Source: a virus (lineage: Duplodnaviria; Caudoviricetes). Taken from it: a stretch of 32,299 nucleotides of DNA. Below the pieces are notes generated by a model. The model searched no databases. It was given only the letters and a program-made list of their open reading frames with translations, and was not told the origin of the DNA. A program made the position numbers and the translations under genes. Where the stretch lies: the IMG/VR virus record IMGVR_UViG_3300025530_000352, positions 1 to 32,299 of that record, one strand, 5' to 3'. Positions 9,202 to 18,168 of the stretch are shown piece by piece (the stretch's first letter is position 1; each line of letters opens with the position of its first letter).

Positions 9202-9523
9202 TCATATTGCTTACTCAGGCACTGTGCGGGAGTTCCAAAAACCCCCTGGATTCGGTGTTGAGGAGCCACCTGCCCCAACTTTGAGAGATTCGGCAGTAAG
9301 GGCGTATGAGATCAGTCAGGTGGTGAACACCCTTGCATCTCGAGTGTACGAGGATCTGTATTTGGGAATGGCAGCTGCATCTGAAAGTGCAGGAAAAGCG
9401 ACTCCAGATCCAGATCCAGATCCAGATCCAGGCACGCCGGTAGCAGATCTCGTTTCCGGAATCATTACCACGCTTGAACTTGCCGAGAAGACCTTGCGAG
9501 AAACTATTCAGAGATTGGAGTAG
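9194..9523 (+). CDS. hypothetical protein with a (PD)n linker
   Basis: ATG overlaps the end of the previous gene; fills gap to AAA gene. Confidence 0.6.
   Translation: MSSHIAYSGTVREFQKPPGFGVEEPPAPTLRDSAVRAYEISQVVNTLASRVYEDLYLGMAAASESAGKATPDPDPDPDPGTPVADLVSGIITTLELAEKTLRETIQRLE
9404..9431 (+). repeat. (CCAGAT)4+ tandem repeat encoding Pro-Asp
   Basis: ccagatccagatccagatccagatccag. Confidence 0.9.
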
Positions 9524-9530
9524 ATGTTGA

Positions 9531-10331
9531 ATGGCCGAGGTACAGAAGGTTCCGTATGTCACTGTTCCCGGAGGGCTTCCTGGTGAAGATCCTCGTGAGA
9601 AGTTCAGGTATTTGAATATGCTTGTGCACGCTCCTGGTGGTCGAGGAAAGACTTCGCTGGCTGCAACCGCGTGTAGGGATCCTAGAACTTCTCCGGTGCT
9701 GGTGCTCGACATGGAGGGTGGAGCTCCTTTGCGCTTCGTAAATGAGGATCCTTCGAAATATACTATCCGCAAGGTCCGGAGTATCGAGGATATCAACCAG
9801 ATCTACGAGTATCTTGCTGCTGGCAAGCATCCGTACAAGACTGTGGTCTTGGATTCTCTCACGGAGATCCAGAAGCTGGGGCTGTATGAGTTTGTATACG
9901 GCAGGCAGCCTGATAAATCCTTCAAGGGTAACATCATTGAAGTCAAGACCGCGGAGATTCAGCATTGGGGAAAGTCCGGCAGTCAGATGGGCATGATGTG
10001 CCGCTACTTCAGAGACCTCCCAATGCATGTAATCTTCACGACACTGACGCAGCGTCTGAAAGACGAGACTACTGGCAAGATCACTATTACAGTGGCACTG
10101 CCTGGCAAACAAGCTGACGAGATTCCCGGTATTCCTGATATCGTAGGATACATCGATGTCGTCCGGATCGGTCAAGAAGATGTGCGCGTACTTAAGGTAC
10201 AGCCTGACGGCAAGATCGAGGCGAAGGACCGTACGGATGCTCTCGGGGAAGGAATTCTCCTGCGCAAGGGAGAAAATCACATTTCCAAGATGCTGGATTT
10301 GATTTGGGAGCACCACGGAATTACAGAATGA
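9531..10331 (+). CDS. AAA_24 / Sak4-like phage ATPase
   Basis: PGGRGKT, LDMEGG, VVLDSLTE, AKDR; lies between nuclease and DUF669 genes. Confidence 0.85.
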   Translation: MAEVQKVPYVTVPGGLPGEDPREKFRYLNMLVHAPGGRGKTSLAATACRDPRTSPVLVLDMEGGAPLRFVNEDPSKYTIRKVRSIEDINQIYEYLAAGKHPYKTVVLDSLTEIQKLGLYEFVYGRQPDKSFKGNIIEVKTAEIQHWGKSGSQMGMMCRYFRDLPMHVIFTTLTQRLKDETTGKITITVALPGKQADEIPGIPDIVGYIDVVRIGQEDVRVLKVQPDGKIEAKDRTDALGEGILLRKGENHISKMLDLIWEHHGITE

Positions 10332-10348
10332 GCCCACATAAATTCACA

Positions 10349-10377
10349 TTGATTTTCTTTCGGAGATCACATATAAT
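10349..10377 (+). promoter_or_regulatory. sigmaA-type promoter (copy 4)
   Basis: TTGATT-N17-TATAAT. Confidence 0.8.
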
Positions 10378-10409
10378 ATTTACATAGGGCACAGAAAGGA
10401 GGTATACAT

Positions 10410-10613
10410 ATGACTGAAGAGCTTCACGATGTTTACGAGGAAGAAACTGTCGCTACCGCTACTCGCGTTGTGACAGCAGAATCCAGGCAGAAGCAAGCTG
10501 AAGCAATGCGCCTGCGCTGGCAGGATCCGGAGTACCGTGCGCGTGTGGCTGCAGGCCGAGCTGCTGCTAAGGCTGCTAAGGCTGCCGCTGCCGAGCAAAC
10601 TGACGAGGAGTAA
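10410..10613 (+). CDS. small protein with NUMOD3-like motif
   Basis: GAAAGGAGG SD; ESRQKQAEAMRLRWQDPEYRARV. Confidence 0.65.
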   Translation: MTEELHDVYEEETVATATRVVTAESRQKQAEAMRLRWQDPEYRARVAAGRAAAKAAKAAAAEQTDEE

Positions 10614-10664
10614 TCTGTGACTTCCCTGGCCGAATTCCATCTTTGACTTCCACAGCCTTCTGAA

Positions 10665-10705
10665 TGTGTTGGGCATCATCCGCAGATGTCCAACACAAGA
10701 TTTTT
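10665..10705 (+). terminator. intergenic hairpin / terminator
   Basis: TGTGTTGGGCATC...GATGTCCAACACA 13-bp stem, then AGATTTTT. Confidence 0.55.
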
Positions 10706-10729
10706 ATTAGCGAGAGGAGAAATGTAGGC

Positions 10730-11152
10730 ATGATTCGTGTTGACTTTACAGATGTGAAAGATTCGGGCTTTGAACCCCTTCCAGAAGGAGAGTACGAAGC
10801 CTCTGTATTCGAAGTGGAGCAGCGTGTCGGACAGCAATCCGGCAAGCCGTATTTGAACTGGCAGTTCAAGATCCTGGGTGGGGAGTATGACGGACGCAGA
10901 GCGTTCTACATGACTTCTCTGTCCCCTGCGGCGCTGTGGAACCTCAAGGCAACCCTGAAGGCGCTGGGCTACACCGACGAGGAGCTCTCCGGCAACCTGG
11001 AGCTAGACCTGACTGACCTTCCTGGACGGGAGTGCCGCATCGTCATCGAGCACGAAGAGTACAATGGCGAAATGCGCGACCGTGTGAAGAAGGTGCTCCC
11101 TGTGGACGGAGCTCAGAACTCTCTGACTGGAGATGCACCTCTGTACCGCTAA
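10730..11152 (+). CDS. DUF669-family (putative ssDNA-binding) protein
   Basis: DFTDV..FEPLPEGEY, SGKPYLNWQFKI, EEYNGE. Confidence 0.8.
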   Translation: MIRVDFTDVKDSGFEPLPEGEYEASVFEVEQRVGQQSGKPYLNWQFKILGGEYDGRRAFYMTSLSPAALWNLKATLKALGYTDEELSGNLELDLTDLPGRECRIVIEHEEYNGEMRDRVKKVLPVDGAQNSLTGDAPLYR

Positions 11153-11187
11153 GCCTGTGACAGGATTTCCTGTAGTAACTCCCAAGA

Positions 11188-11202
11188 TGTGTGTGTGTGT
11201 GT
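11188..11202. repeat. (TG)7 microsatellite
   Basis: tgtgtgtgtgtgtgt. Confidence 0.9.
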
Positions 11203-11206
11203 ACTT

Positions 11207-11235
11207 TAGGACCTTCGAATGGAGGTCCTATTTTT
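11207..11235 (+). terminator. rho-independent terminator
   Basis: TAGGACCTTC...GGAGGTCCTA then TTTTT. Confidence 0.8.
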
Positions 11236-11256
11236 CTGGGGCCACAATCTTAGCTA

Positions 11257-11285
11257 TTGATTTTTCTGGAAATTTCCCATATAAT
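11257..11285 (+). promoter_or_regulatory. sigmaA-type promoter (copy 5) with CodY-like box in spacer
   Basis: TTGATT-N17-TATAAT; ATTTTTCTGGAAATT at 11260-11274. Confidence 0.8.
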
Positions 11286-11321
11286 AAAATTAGATCGCTG
11301 AGAAGGAGGTAATGTTCAAAC

Positions 11322-11537
11322 ATGCGAAATGAGCCATTGACGGAAATGATTTCAGTAGTGTTTTCGCCAAGGCAAGTGAAAGCCATCGAGCTTGAAGCTC
11401 GAAGAGAAGGTCGCAAAGTAGGCAACTTCATTCGCCATGTCGTTGTGAACCATCTGACACTTGTGGGAGCTTTGGAGGAAGAGAGCGAGCCGGTAGGAAT
11501 TCCGGACGAGGACTCCTCTGTGAGTGAAGATGAATAG
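11322..11537 (+). CDS. ribbon-helix-helix (CopG-like) DNA-binding protein
   Basis: ISVVFS..QVKAIELEARREGRKVGNFIRHVV pattern. Confidence 0.7.
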   Translation: MRNEPLTEMISVVFSPRQVKAIELEARREGRKVGNFIRHVVVNHLTLVGALEEESEPVGIPDEDSSVSEDE

Positions 11538-11877
11538 TAAGAGCTTCACGATGTCACTCTCCGAAGAGAGTGCTCAGGAATTGGCAATGCTCGCGGAGAG
11601 GTACAATTCCCAGCAGAAGCATCCACTGAACAAGTTGGGTCTTCAGGATCTGTTGCGGTTGATTTTGAAGGCCCATATGCAAAGACTTCGGGGGCCTACG
11701 AAGGTAGAGAAACTGCGTCTCAATGGATTCCAGGCAGTTTCATTTCGAGTCGGAGAGTGTCCCCAGTGTTTACTTAGAGTAGATAAATTCGACTTTCCAG
11801 TACTTACCCTCAAGCAACAGGGAGTAGTGGAGTGTCAGGTATGTGGATGGCAAGGTGCAGAAGACGACTTGGGGTGA
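11530..11877 (+). CDS. putative RHH protein with C-terminal Zn ribbon
   Basis: SFTMSLSEE...QDLLRLIL; CPQC...CQVC. Confidence 0.65.
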   Translation: MNSKSFTMSLSEESAQELAMLAERYNSQQKHPLNKLGLQDLLRLILKAHMQRLRGPTKVEKLRLNGFQAVSFRVGECPQCLLRVDKFDFPVLTLKQQGVVECQVCGWQGAEDDLG

Positions 11878-11881
11878 GTAA

Positions 11882-14719
11882 ATGCGAATAGAGCGATTTC
11901 GCAGGTTCTACGAGATGTACTTGGGACCCCTACCGGAGGCCAACTCTTCAGGTGAAGTGCAGGTGCGAAGTTGCTTCCGACACGATCCGAATCCTTCAAT
12001 GTTCATCAATTTGGAGGATGGAAGGTACAACGATTTCGGAAGTGACTATAAGGGTGATGCGTACAACTTTTACATACACATGCATGATGCGTCGTTCACT
12101 GCAGCAAAGAAGGCGGTAGATGAAATCGTTGGGAGTCCTGAGGAAGGAAACATAAGGGTTCCAGTACCAATTGACGAGGATCTCGTTCTCCGATGGCACT
12201 CAAATCTAATGGCGAGCGACGATCTTCGAAAGTACATGAATGTCAACAGAGGCATCAGCAATGACATTCTCAAGAAGTTCAAGATTGGTTTCGATGGGCA
12301 GCGGTATACTATTCCAATCTATAACAAGTATGGAGTTTGCGTCAATGTCAGGAGATACTCTCCAGGGGCTTCTGGCGGAGACAAGATGATCAACTATGGC
12401 AAGGGCTATGGCAACGCAAGGCTCTTCCCGCTAGAGGCCCTTGAATCTAAGGTGGTGTTGCTTCAAGAGGGAGAGTTCGATACACTCATCCAGTGGAGCA
12501 AGGGCTTCAAGGCGATTACGAATACTTCCGGCGCAGCCACTTGGAAGCAAGAATGGACTGAACTGTTCAAGGGGAAGATAGTCTACATCTGTTACGATGC
12601 AGACAAGGCGGGTAAAGAAGGCGCAATCAAGGTTGCAAGTCAGTTGATTGGAGTTGCTGAGAGAGTCTGTATAATCGACTTGCCAGTCCCTCCAAACTCC
12701 GGAGAAGATGTTACTGACTATTACGTCAAGTACGATAAAACCGCAGAAGAATTTGCACACTTGATGTCAGAAGCGAAGCCTTTCCAGCTAGACGATGGTT
12801 CTGCTGATGCCCAGGCAAATACGGTAACCAGAACAACCCTTGTAGAAGCTCGTCACAGCAGATTCAAGCACAAGAAAGTACAATTCGATGTAATGGTGGT
12901 AGGTAAAGATACTGCACCATACAACATCCCATCCCAAATACTATTCAAGTGCTCCATGGTTGGAGTGAATGAGAAGATGTGCAGCGCGTGTCAAATCGCC
13001 CGTTGCGGAGGGGAGTTGGAGCTACAGATTCCTAAAGATCCGGACATGCTTGAGCTCATAAAGTCTTCCAAGCAGCAGCAGATGGGGTTGCTGAAGCGGA
13101 AGGCAGGCATCCCTCAGAACTGCTCTTTCTATCAAGCTGAGGACACGAAAAGTGTGAACATCGAAGAAGTCCTGTTGGCTCCAGAGATCCAGTCTTTCAG
13201 CGAGTGGTCTCCTGAGGGCGTGAAATACATCCTTCAGTCTGCTTTCATAGTAGATCATCCTTTGGATGCAAATCGGACCTATCGCGTAACTGGGATAATG
13301 ACTCCGGATCCGTGGCAACAGCACGTAACCTTCCTGCTAACAGACGGAGAGCCCTTGCAAGACACGGTATCGTCTTTTAGGATGACTCCGGAGCTGTACC
13401 AGCAGCTGAAGATCTTTCAGGTAACTGAGTCTGTGGAGAAGAAGTTCGAAGAGATTCATGAGGACTTCGAAGCAAACGTCACCCACATTGTTGGAAGAAG
13501 AGACTTACTTACCGGCATCGACTTGACCTATCACTCAGTACTGTCATTCTTCTTTCAGGAGGTGCCGATCCACAAAGGGTGGCTGGACTTCCTCTGTATA
13601 GGGGATACTCGTACTGGCAAGTCTGAGACCACGGAGAAGCTGCTACGGCACTATCAGCTGGGAGAAATCTCTGTAGCAGAGAACACCTCTTATGCAGGGC
13701 TTGTAGGTGGCCTGCAGCAGACAGGAGATCGTAGATGGTTCTTGACATGGGGCAAGCTTCCTCTGAACGATGGTCGGCTCTTCGTGATTGACGAAGTCTC
13801 CGGCATGTCAGTGGATGACATTGGGAAAATGTCCGGCATCAGATCGTCAGGTATTGCGGAATTGACTAAGATTCAGACCGAGAGAACAACTGCACGTACT
13901 CGATTGATTTGGCTCTCCAACCCTAGGAGCGGTCGTAATTTGAGTACGTACAGTTATGGCGTCTTAGCAGTACCTGAGCTTATCGGCAGAGCAGAGGACA
14001 TATCCCGATTCGACTTCGTCGTTGCAGCATCTCGGGATGAAGTTCCAATTGACCTTATCAACCAACGCAAGATTGGCGGCAAAGAAGTTCCGCACAGATT
14101 CACATCTGCCCTGTGCAGAGCACTCGCCCTGTGGGCTTGGTCTCGAAAGGCGGAAGATGTTGTATTTGAAGATTCCGCAACGGATGCCATCCTGCACTAT
14201 GCGATCAAAATGGGTCGGGAGTATTCATCTGCGATTCCATTGGTCGAAGGAGCTAACCAACGTATCAAGCTTGCCCGACTTGCTGTGGCTGCGGCTGCGA
14301 GAGTATTCAGCACAGACTCTACTGGAGAGAAAGTCATTGTAAAGAAGGAGCATGTCGACTTCGTCTATGCCTATCTCGAGCAGATCTACAGCAAGCCCTC
14401 TCTCGACTACAAGGGGTACTCTGAGCGAGAGCTCGCGGACATTCGTCTGGCGGAGAAGTACCGAGATGAGGTTACTAAGTATCTGGAAGCATTTCCGGAT
14501 ATCGCTGACTTGTTTGATCGTCAGGAGTATGTGTGGCCGAAGCATTTAGAAGAGCAGCTTGGTTGCGAGCGTGCCGCGGCGCAGGAACATATTGCATTCT
14601 TCACACGTACTAGAATGATCCAGGAGTCCAACAGCCGGGGATATAGGAAGTCTGCAGCATTCATTCAGATCTTGAGAGAGTGGAAGTTCAAGAGAAAAGT
14701 AGAGGAGGAGTTACATTGA
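11882..14719 (+). CDS. DnaG-type (TOPRIM) primase fused to MCM-family helicase
   Basis: CFRHDPNPS Zn-finger-like start; EGEFD and CYDAD TOPRIM motifs; Cys cluster; IGDTRTGKS, AGLVGG, NDGRLFVIDE, SNPRSGR, SRFD match MCM AAA+ motifs. Confidence 0.9.
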   Translation: MRIERFRRFYEMYLGPLPEANSSGEVQVRSCFRHDPNPSMFINLEDGRYNDFGSDYKGDAYNFYIHMHDASFTAAKKAVDEIVGSPEEGNIRVPVPIDEDLVLRWHSNLMASDDLRKYMNVNRGISNDILKKFKIGFDGQRYTIPIYNKYGVCVNVRRYSPGASGGDKMINYGKGYGNARLFPLEALESKVVLLQEGEFDTLIQWSKGFKAITNTSGAATWKQEWTELFKGKIVYICYDADKAGKEGAIKVASQLIGVAERVCIIDLPVPPNSGEDVTDYYVKYDKTAEEFAHLMSEAKPFQLDDGSADAQANTVTRTTLVEARHSRFKHKKVQFDVMVVGKDTAPYNIPSQILFKCSMVGVNEKMCSACQIARCGGELELQIPKDPDMLELIKSSKQQQMGLLKRKAGIPQNCSFYQAEDTKSVNIEEVLLAPEIQSFSEWSPEGVKYILQSAFIVDHPLDANRTYRVTGIMTPDPWQQHVTFLLTDGEPLQDTVSSFRMTPELYQQLKIFQVTESVEKKFEEIHEDFEANVTHIVGRRDLLTGIDLTYHSVLSFFFQEVPIHKGWLDFLCIGDTRTGKSETTEKLLRHYQLGEISVAENTSYAGLVGGLQQTGDRRWFLTWGKLPLNDGRLFVIDEVSGMSVDDIGKMSGIRSSGIAELTKIQTERTTARTRLIWLSNPRSGRNLSTYSYGVLAVPELIGRAEDISRFDFVVAASRDEVPIDLINQRKIGGKEVPHRFTSALCRALALWAWSRKAEDVVFEDSATDAILHYAIKMGREYSSAIPLVEGANQRIKLARLAVAAAARVFSTDSTGEKVIVKKEHVDFVYAYLEQIYSKPSLDYKGYSERELADIRLAEKYRDEVTKYLEAFPDIADLFDRQEYVWPKHLEEQLGCERAAAQEHIAFFTRTRMIQESNSRGYRKSAAFIQILREWKFKRKVEEELH

Positions 14720-15189
14720 TAGCAACACTGTGCAAATCGTTCACCTTTGATGCCGCCCATCAGCTGGTAGGTCACAAGGGCAAGTGCCAAAACCTTCACG
14801 GACATACTTACAAGCTGGAGGTGTTCATCACCGGAGAGGTTAATCGAGACTACGGGTCTTCAGACGAAGGCTTCGTAGTAGATTTCTCCGAAGTCAAGGA
14901 GATTGTCAAGCGGGAGATTGTCGACCCTATGGACCATGCGTTTCTGGTCTGTGGCAATGAGCCCGCACTCGACAAAGTGCTTACCAAGAAGTACTATCTG
15001 GGATTCCGATCGACCTGTGAGAACATGGCCGGATACATCTTGTACAAGCTCTCGCGTGTATGGCCGCCGCACTTGCCGCCGGTGACTAAGATCCGCTTGT
15101 GGGAGACTCCAACTGGATATGCGGAAGTGAGTCTCGAGGGTCACGACCTTGATCAGATTGTCAGAGAGATGGTAGGAGGTGCCGAATGA
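14716..15189 (+). CDS. queD: 6-carboxytetrahydropterin synthase
   Basis: FDAAH, CQNLHGHTY, VDF, DHAFL, TCEN, WETP; TTG start after GAGGAGG. Confidence 0.93.
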   Translation: MIATLCKSFTFDAAHQLVGHKGKCQNLHGHTYKLEVFITGEVNRDYGSSDEGFVVDFSEVKEIVKREIVDPMDHAFLVCGNEPALDKVLTKKYYLGFRSTCENMAGYILYKLSRVWPPHLPPVTKIRLWETPTGYAEVSLEGHDLDQIVREMVGGAE

Positions 15190-15935
15190 GTGCGAAGATT
15201 CCAGTCCTAGAAATCTTTGGACCTACAATTCAGGGAGAAGGCGCTGTCATTGGAAAGAAGACGGTGTTCGTTAGAACTGCGGGATGTGACTATTCCTGCG
15301 CGTGGTGTGATTCGAAGTTTACTTGGGATGGCTCTGCGAAGCATCAAATTCGAATGTTGTCCCCGGAGGAGGTCTGTCAAGAGATCTTCTCTCTTGCAGG
15401 AGATAGCTTCAATCATGTGACTATCTCTGGCGGCAATCCTGCCCTGATAGGTCCCCAGATGCGAGAGCTTCTTATTAGGTTGCATAATCGTGGAGTGAAG
15501 GTAGGTCTGGAGACTCAGGGAAGCCGTTGGCAAGATTGGTTCCTGCTGGTGGATGACCTCACGATCAGTCCGAAGCCGCCTAGCAGTGGCATGCGAACTG
15601 ACTGGGGCATCTTGCGATACATTGTGGAGAAGCTTGCCGGCTACTGCGACATGGCTGAAGAGGCCTACAACTTCAATCTCAAGGTAGTAGTGTTCGACCG
15701 AGATGACTATGAGTTCGCGAAACAAGTGCATCGGGAATTTCCGGAGGTTCCTATGTTCTTGTCCGCAGGCAATTCTGATGTAACTCCAAATGCCTCCAAA
15801 GCGGAGCTTCGGGATTCCATTCTGACAAAGCTTGATTGGCTTGCGTCGAAGGTCATGAACGATCCAGCAATGAATGAAGTTAGAGTATTGCCGCAGCTGC
15901 ATGTGCTTCTGTGGGGTAATCAGAGAGGAGTATGA
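15186..15935 (+). CDS. queE: 7-carboxy-7-deazaguanine synthase (radical SAM)
   Basis: [34 protein letters not shown]. Confidence 0.96.
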   Translation: MSAKIPVLEIFGPTIQGEGAVIGKKTVFVRTAGCDYSCAWCDSKFTWDGSAKHQIRMLSPEEVCQEIFSLAGDSFNHVTISGGNPALIGPQMRELLIRLHNRGVKVGLETQGSRWQDWFLLVDDLTISPKPPSSGMRTDWGILRYIVEKLAGYCDMAEEAYNFNLKVVVFDRDDYEFAKQVHREFPEVPMFLSAGNSDVTPNASKAELRDSILTKLDWLASKVMNDPAMNEVRVLPQLHVLLWGNQRGV

Positions 15936-15939
15936 GGAT

Positions 15940-16560
15940 ATGAAATTGACGCAGATTCAATATAACGCGATAACTTCCGCAATAGGGAGCACGCCACAGC
16001 TTGAAGAGCTCGAGAGCGTTCTTAAGGGGATTCAATCGTTGATCCAGCTCTGTGGAGACGATCCTGACAGAGATGGCTTACAAGACACGCCCTACAGAGT
16101 GTTGAAAGCTTTCCTAGAGTACACTTCGGGGCTTAGGGGTGATCCGAAGGAGCATCTGCAGAAGACTTTTGACGTGCAACATCAGGAGCTGGTGCTCGTG
16201 AAGGACATCGAATTCTACTCGATGTGCGAGCACCACTTTGCACCATTCTTCGGGGTGGCCCATGTTGGATACATTCCGGAAGCGCGCATCACTGGCTTGT
16301 CCAAGATCGCACGAATGGTGGAAGGATATGCCCGCAGGTTCCAAGTGCAGGAGAGGCTGACTGGTCAGATTGCGCAAGCAATGGAAGAAGTGCTTCAGCC
16401 GAAGGGTGTAATGGTGGTCGTAGAAGCAAAGCACATGTGCATGTGCTCTCGGGGAATTCAGAAGAGTGGGGCCTCTACTACTACCTCCTCTGTTCGAGGA
16501 GTGTTTCTCAGAGAAGCGGATGCTCGTGCGGAGTTTCTCTCACTGATTTCGAAGGGGTGA
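15940..16560 (+). CDS. folE: GTP cyclohydrolase I
   Basis: [32 protein letters not shown]. Confidence 0.96.
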   Translation: MKLTQIQYNAITSAIGSTPQLEELESVLKGIQSLIQLCGDDPDRDGLQDTPYRVLKAFLEYTSGLRGDPKEHLQKTFDVQHQELVLVKDIEFYSMCEHHFAPFFGVAHVGYIPEARITGLSKIARMVEGYARRFQVQERLTGQIAQAMEEVLQPKGVMVVVEAKHMCMCSRGIQKSGASTTTSSVRGVFLREADARAEFLSLISKG

Positions 16561-16566
16561 TCTTCT

Positions 16567-16929
16567 GTGGATAAAGCGTTGATGGCAATGCTCTCTAGTA
16601 GAGCACGCTGGATCAATGAAGCCACTGACACAGTGATCGAAGAGCTGCTGTCCGGCGTGCTTGGGTATCGAGACTTTCAGAGACTGTTGGGGCTGCCTGC
16701 AAGATTGCACAGGCAGTTCCTGCACTCTGCAGGAGTTGACCTTTACATTGTCCCCTATGAGACTTCGCGACTGATCGTGCTCAGGACGATCGATAACGAA
16801 TTCTTGAGAGCACGTGTGGTCAAGTATGACCCAATATTCGATCGCGTGGAAGTCGAGGGACTTTCAGAAAAGAGGTTCAGGGAATTGATGGAGCATCTGA
16901 AGAGACACTTTTCATCTTCGCTGCACTGA
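16567..16929 (+). CDS. hypothetical protein inside the deazaguanine cluster
   Basis: GAAGGGG SD-like, GTG; fills gap between folE and next promoter. Confidence 0.6.
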   Translation: MDKALMAMLSSRARWINEATDTVIEELLSGVLGYRDFQRLLGLPARLHRQFLHSAGVDLYIVPYETSRLIVLRTIDNEFLRARVVKYDPIFDRVEVEGLSEKRFRELMEHLKRHFSSSLH

Positions 16930-16937
16930 AATTGCCC

Positions 16938-16966
16938 TTGAAATTTTCCTGAAAATATCGTATAAT
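16938..16966 (+). promoter_or_regulatory. sigmaA-type promoter (copy 6)
   Basis: TTGAAA-N17-TATAAT. Confidence 0.8.
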
Positions 16967-16977
16967 TAAATTAGGAG

Positions 16978-17325
16978 GTGAGTTCAGTGATCGTTAAACT
17001 TGTGAGAAGCCCAGAAGAAAGAGAAGCGCTTGAGAAGGTATTTAATGCATATGTCGAAGAGGCTCTTGCACGTGCGCAGGCATTGCGCGAAGAACGCGGC
17101 AAGGGCTATAACTCGACAGTCTCAATCGTGGACTACTTCCCTCACGGAGAGCAAGACCTTACATACGAGCTGTTCAAGAAGCTGGTGCGTACAGAGAGTG
17201 TCATTGCTGCGGAGAAGGAAGGGCTTGAAATCGATGGCAGTGTAGAGGACAGCATTCTTGATGCAATCAACTACAGCGCATTTCTCTATGCGTACTACAA
17301 GATGCGAAAGGAGGGCTTCAATTGA
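16978..17325 (+). CDS. nucleotide-modification-associated (Nmad1/DUF1599-like, MazG-type all-alpha) protein
   Basis: RGKGYN...KKLVR...SVEDSILDAINYSAF; start may be GTG 16987. Confidence 0.6.
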   Translation: MSSVIVKLVRSPEEREALEKVFNAYVEEALARAQALREERGKGYNSTVSIVDYFPHGEQDLTYELFKKLVRTESVIAAEKEGLEIDGSVEDSILDAINYSAFLYAYYKMRKEGFN

Positions 17326-18083
17326 AAGTTGCAGTAATTGCGCCAACCAAGCTTCTGGATAAGTTTGCTGCGAGATCGAATTATCACTTGGTACTTGCTC
17401 ACCAGTACATGCAGGATGCGGCGTACCGTAACTTCTACAAGCGAATGGTGGCCCGCGGAGATTTCGTTATTCTGGATAACAGTGCTTACGAGCTCAAGCG
17501 TTCGGTGGACGTGTCTGTGCTGAGAGAATGTGCAGAGGACTTGCATCCAACCGCAATGTTTCTGCCTGATGCCAGATTTGACACTAGCGAAACCTTGAGA
17601 CTGGTCGCGGAAGCCATTCCGCAGCTGCAGGGGTTGAACGTGAAACTGCTTGCAGTTCCTCAAGGGAGGAATCTTAGCGAAGTTCTTGCATGCTACAATA
17701 TTCTGAAGGCACATCCTGACATTCATGGATTTGGCTTGTACGAAGAAATTGGTGAAGTCTGTGGCTTCAAGGATCGTGTGGAGTTCCTGAGATTCTTGGA
17801 CTCCGAAGGTCTCTTGGACTACACCAAGTACTATCACCTGTTGGGAATGGAAGAAGATGTCACCAAGGTCCGGGAGCTCTGCAAGTTCCCTTGGGTGAGT
17901 GGCATCGATAGTGCCAAGCCTGTGGTGTATGGGCTCCACGACATCAAGTTCAGCGAGGTAGAAGTACTTCCAGAATATCCTCATCGGCCAGAAGGGTACT
18001 TCGAGATTGAGAAAACTCCTTACGAATCTGCGGTGATTCACAATATCGATACTCTCAAAAAATGGGCCCAGAATTACGCGTAA
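17322..18083 (+). CDS. divergent TGT/DpdA-like guanine transglycosylase
   Basis: TGT-barrel motifs in order: ILDNSAYE, FLPD, AVPQG, YHLLG, GIDS; located in the que cluster. Confidence 0.7.
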   Translation: MKVAVIAPTKLLDKFAARSNYHLVLAHQYMQDAAYRNFYKRMVARGDFVILDNSAYELKRSVDVSVLRECAEDLHPTAMFLPDARFDTSETLRLVAEAIPQLQGLNVKLLAVPQGRNLSEVLACYNILKAHPDIHGFGLYEEIGEVCGFKDRVEFLRFLDSEGLLDYTKYYHLLGMEEDVTKVRELCKFPWVSGIDSAKPVVYGLHDIKFSEVEVLPEYPHRPEGYFEIEKTPYESAVIHNIDTLKKWAQNYA

Positions 18084-18168
18084 GAAATATATTGCCGAAA
18101 AATTTTCTCCGGGGATTTATAAGGAAAATTTCCGGAGATTTTTCGGAGAATGAAAGGAGTTAATAAAT

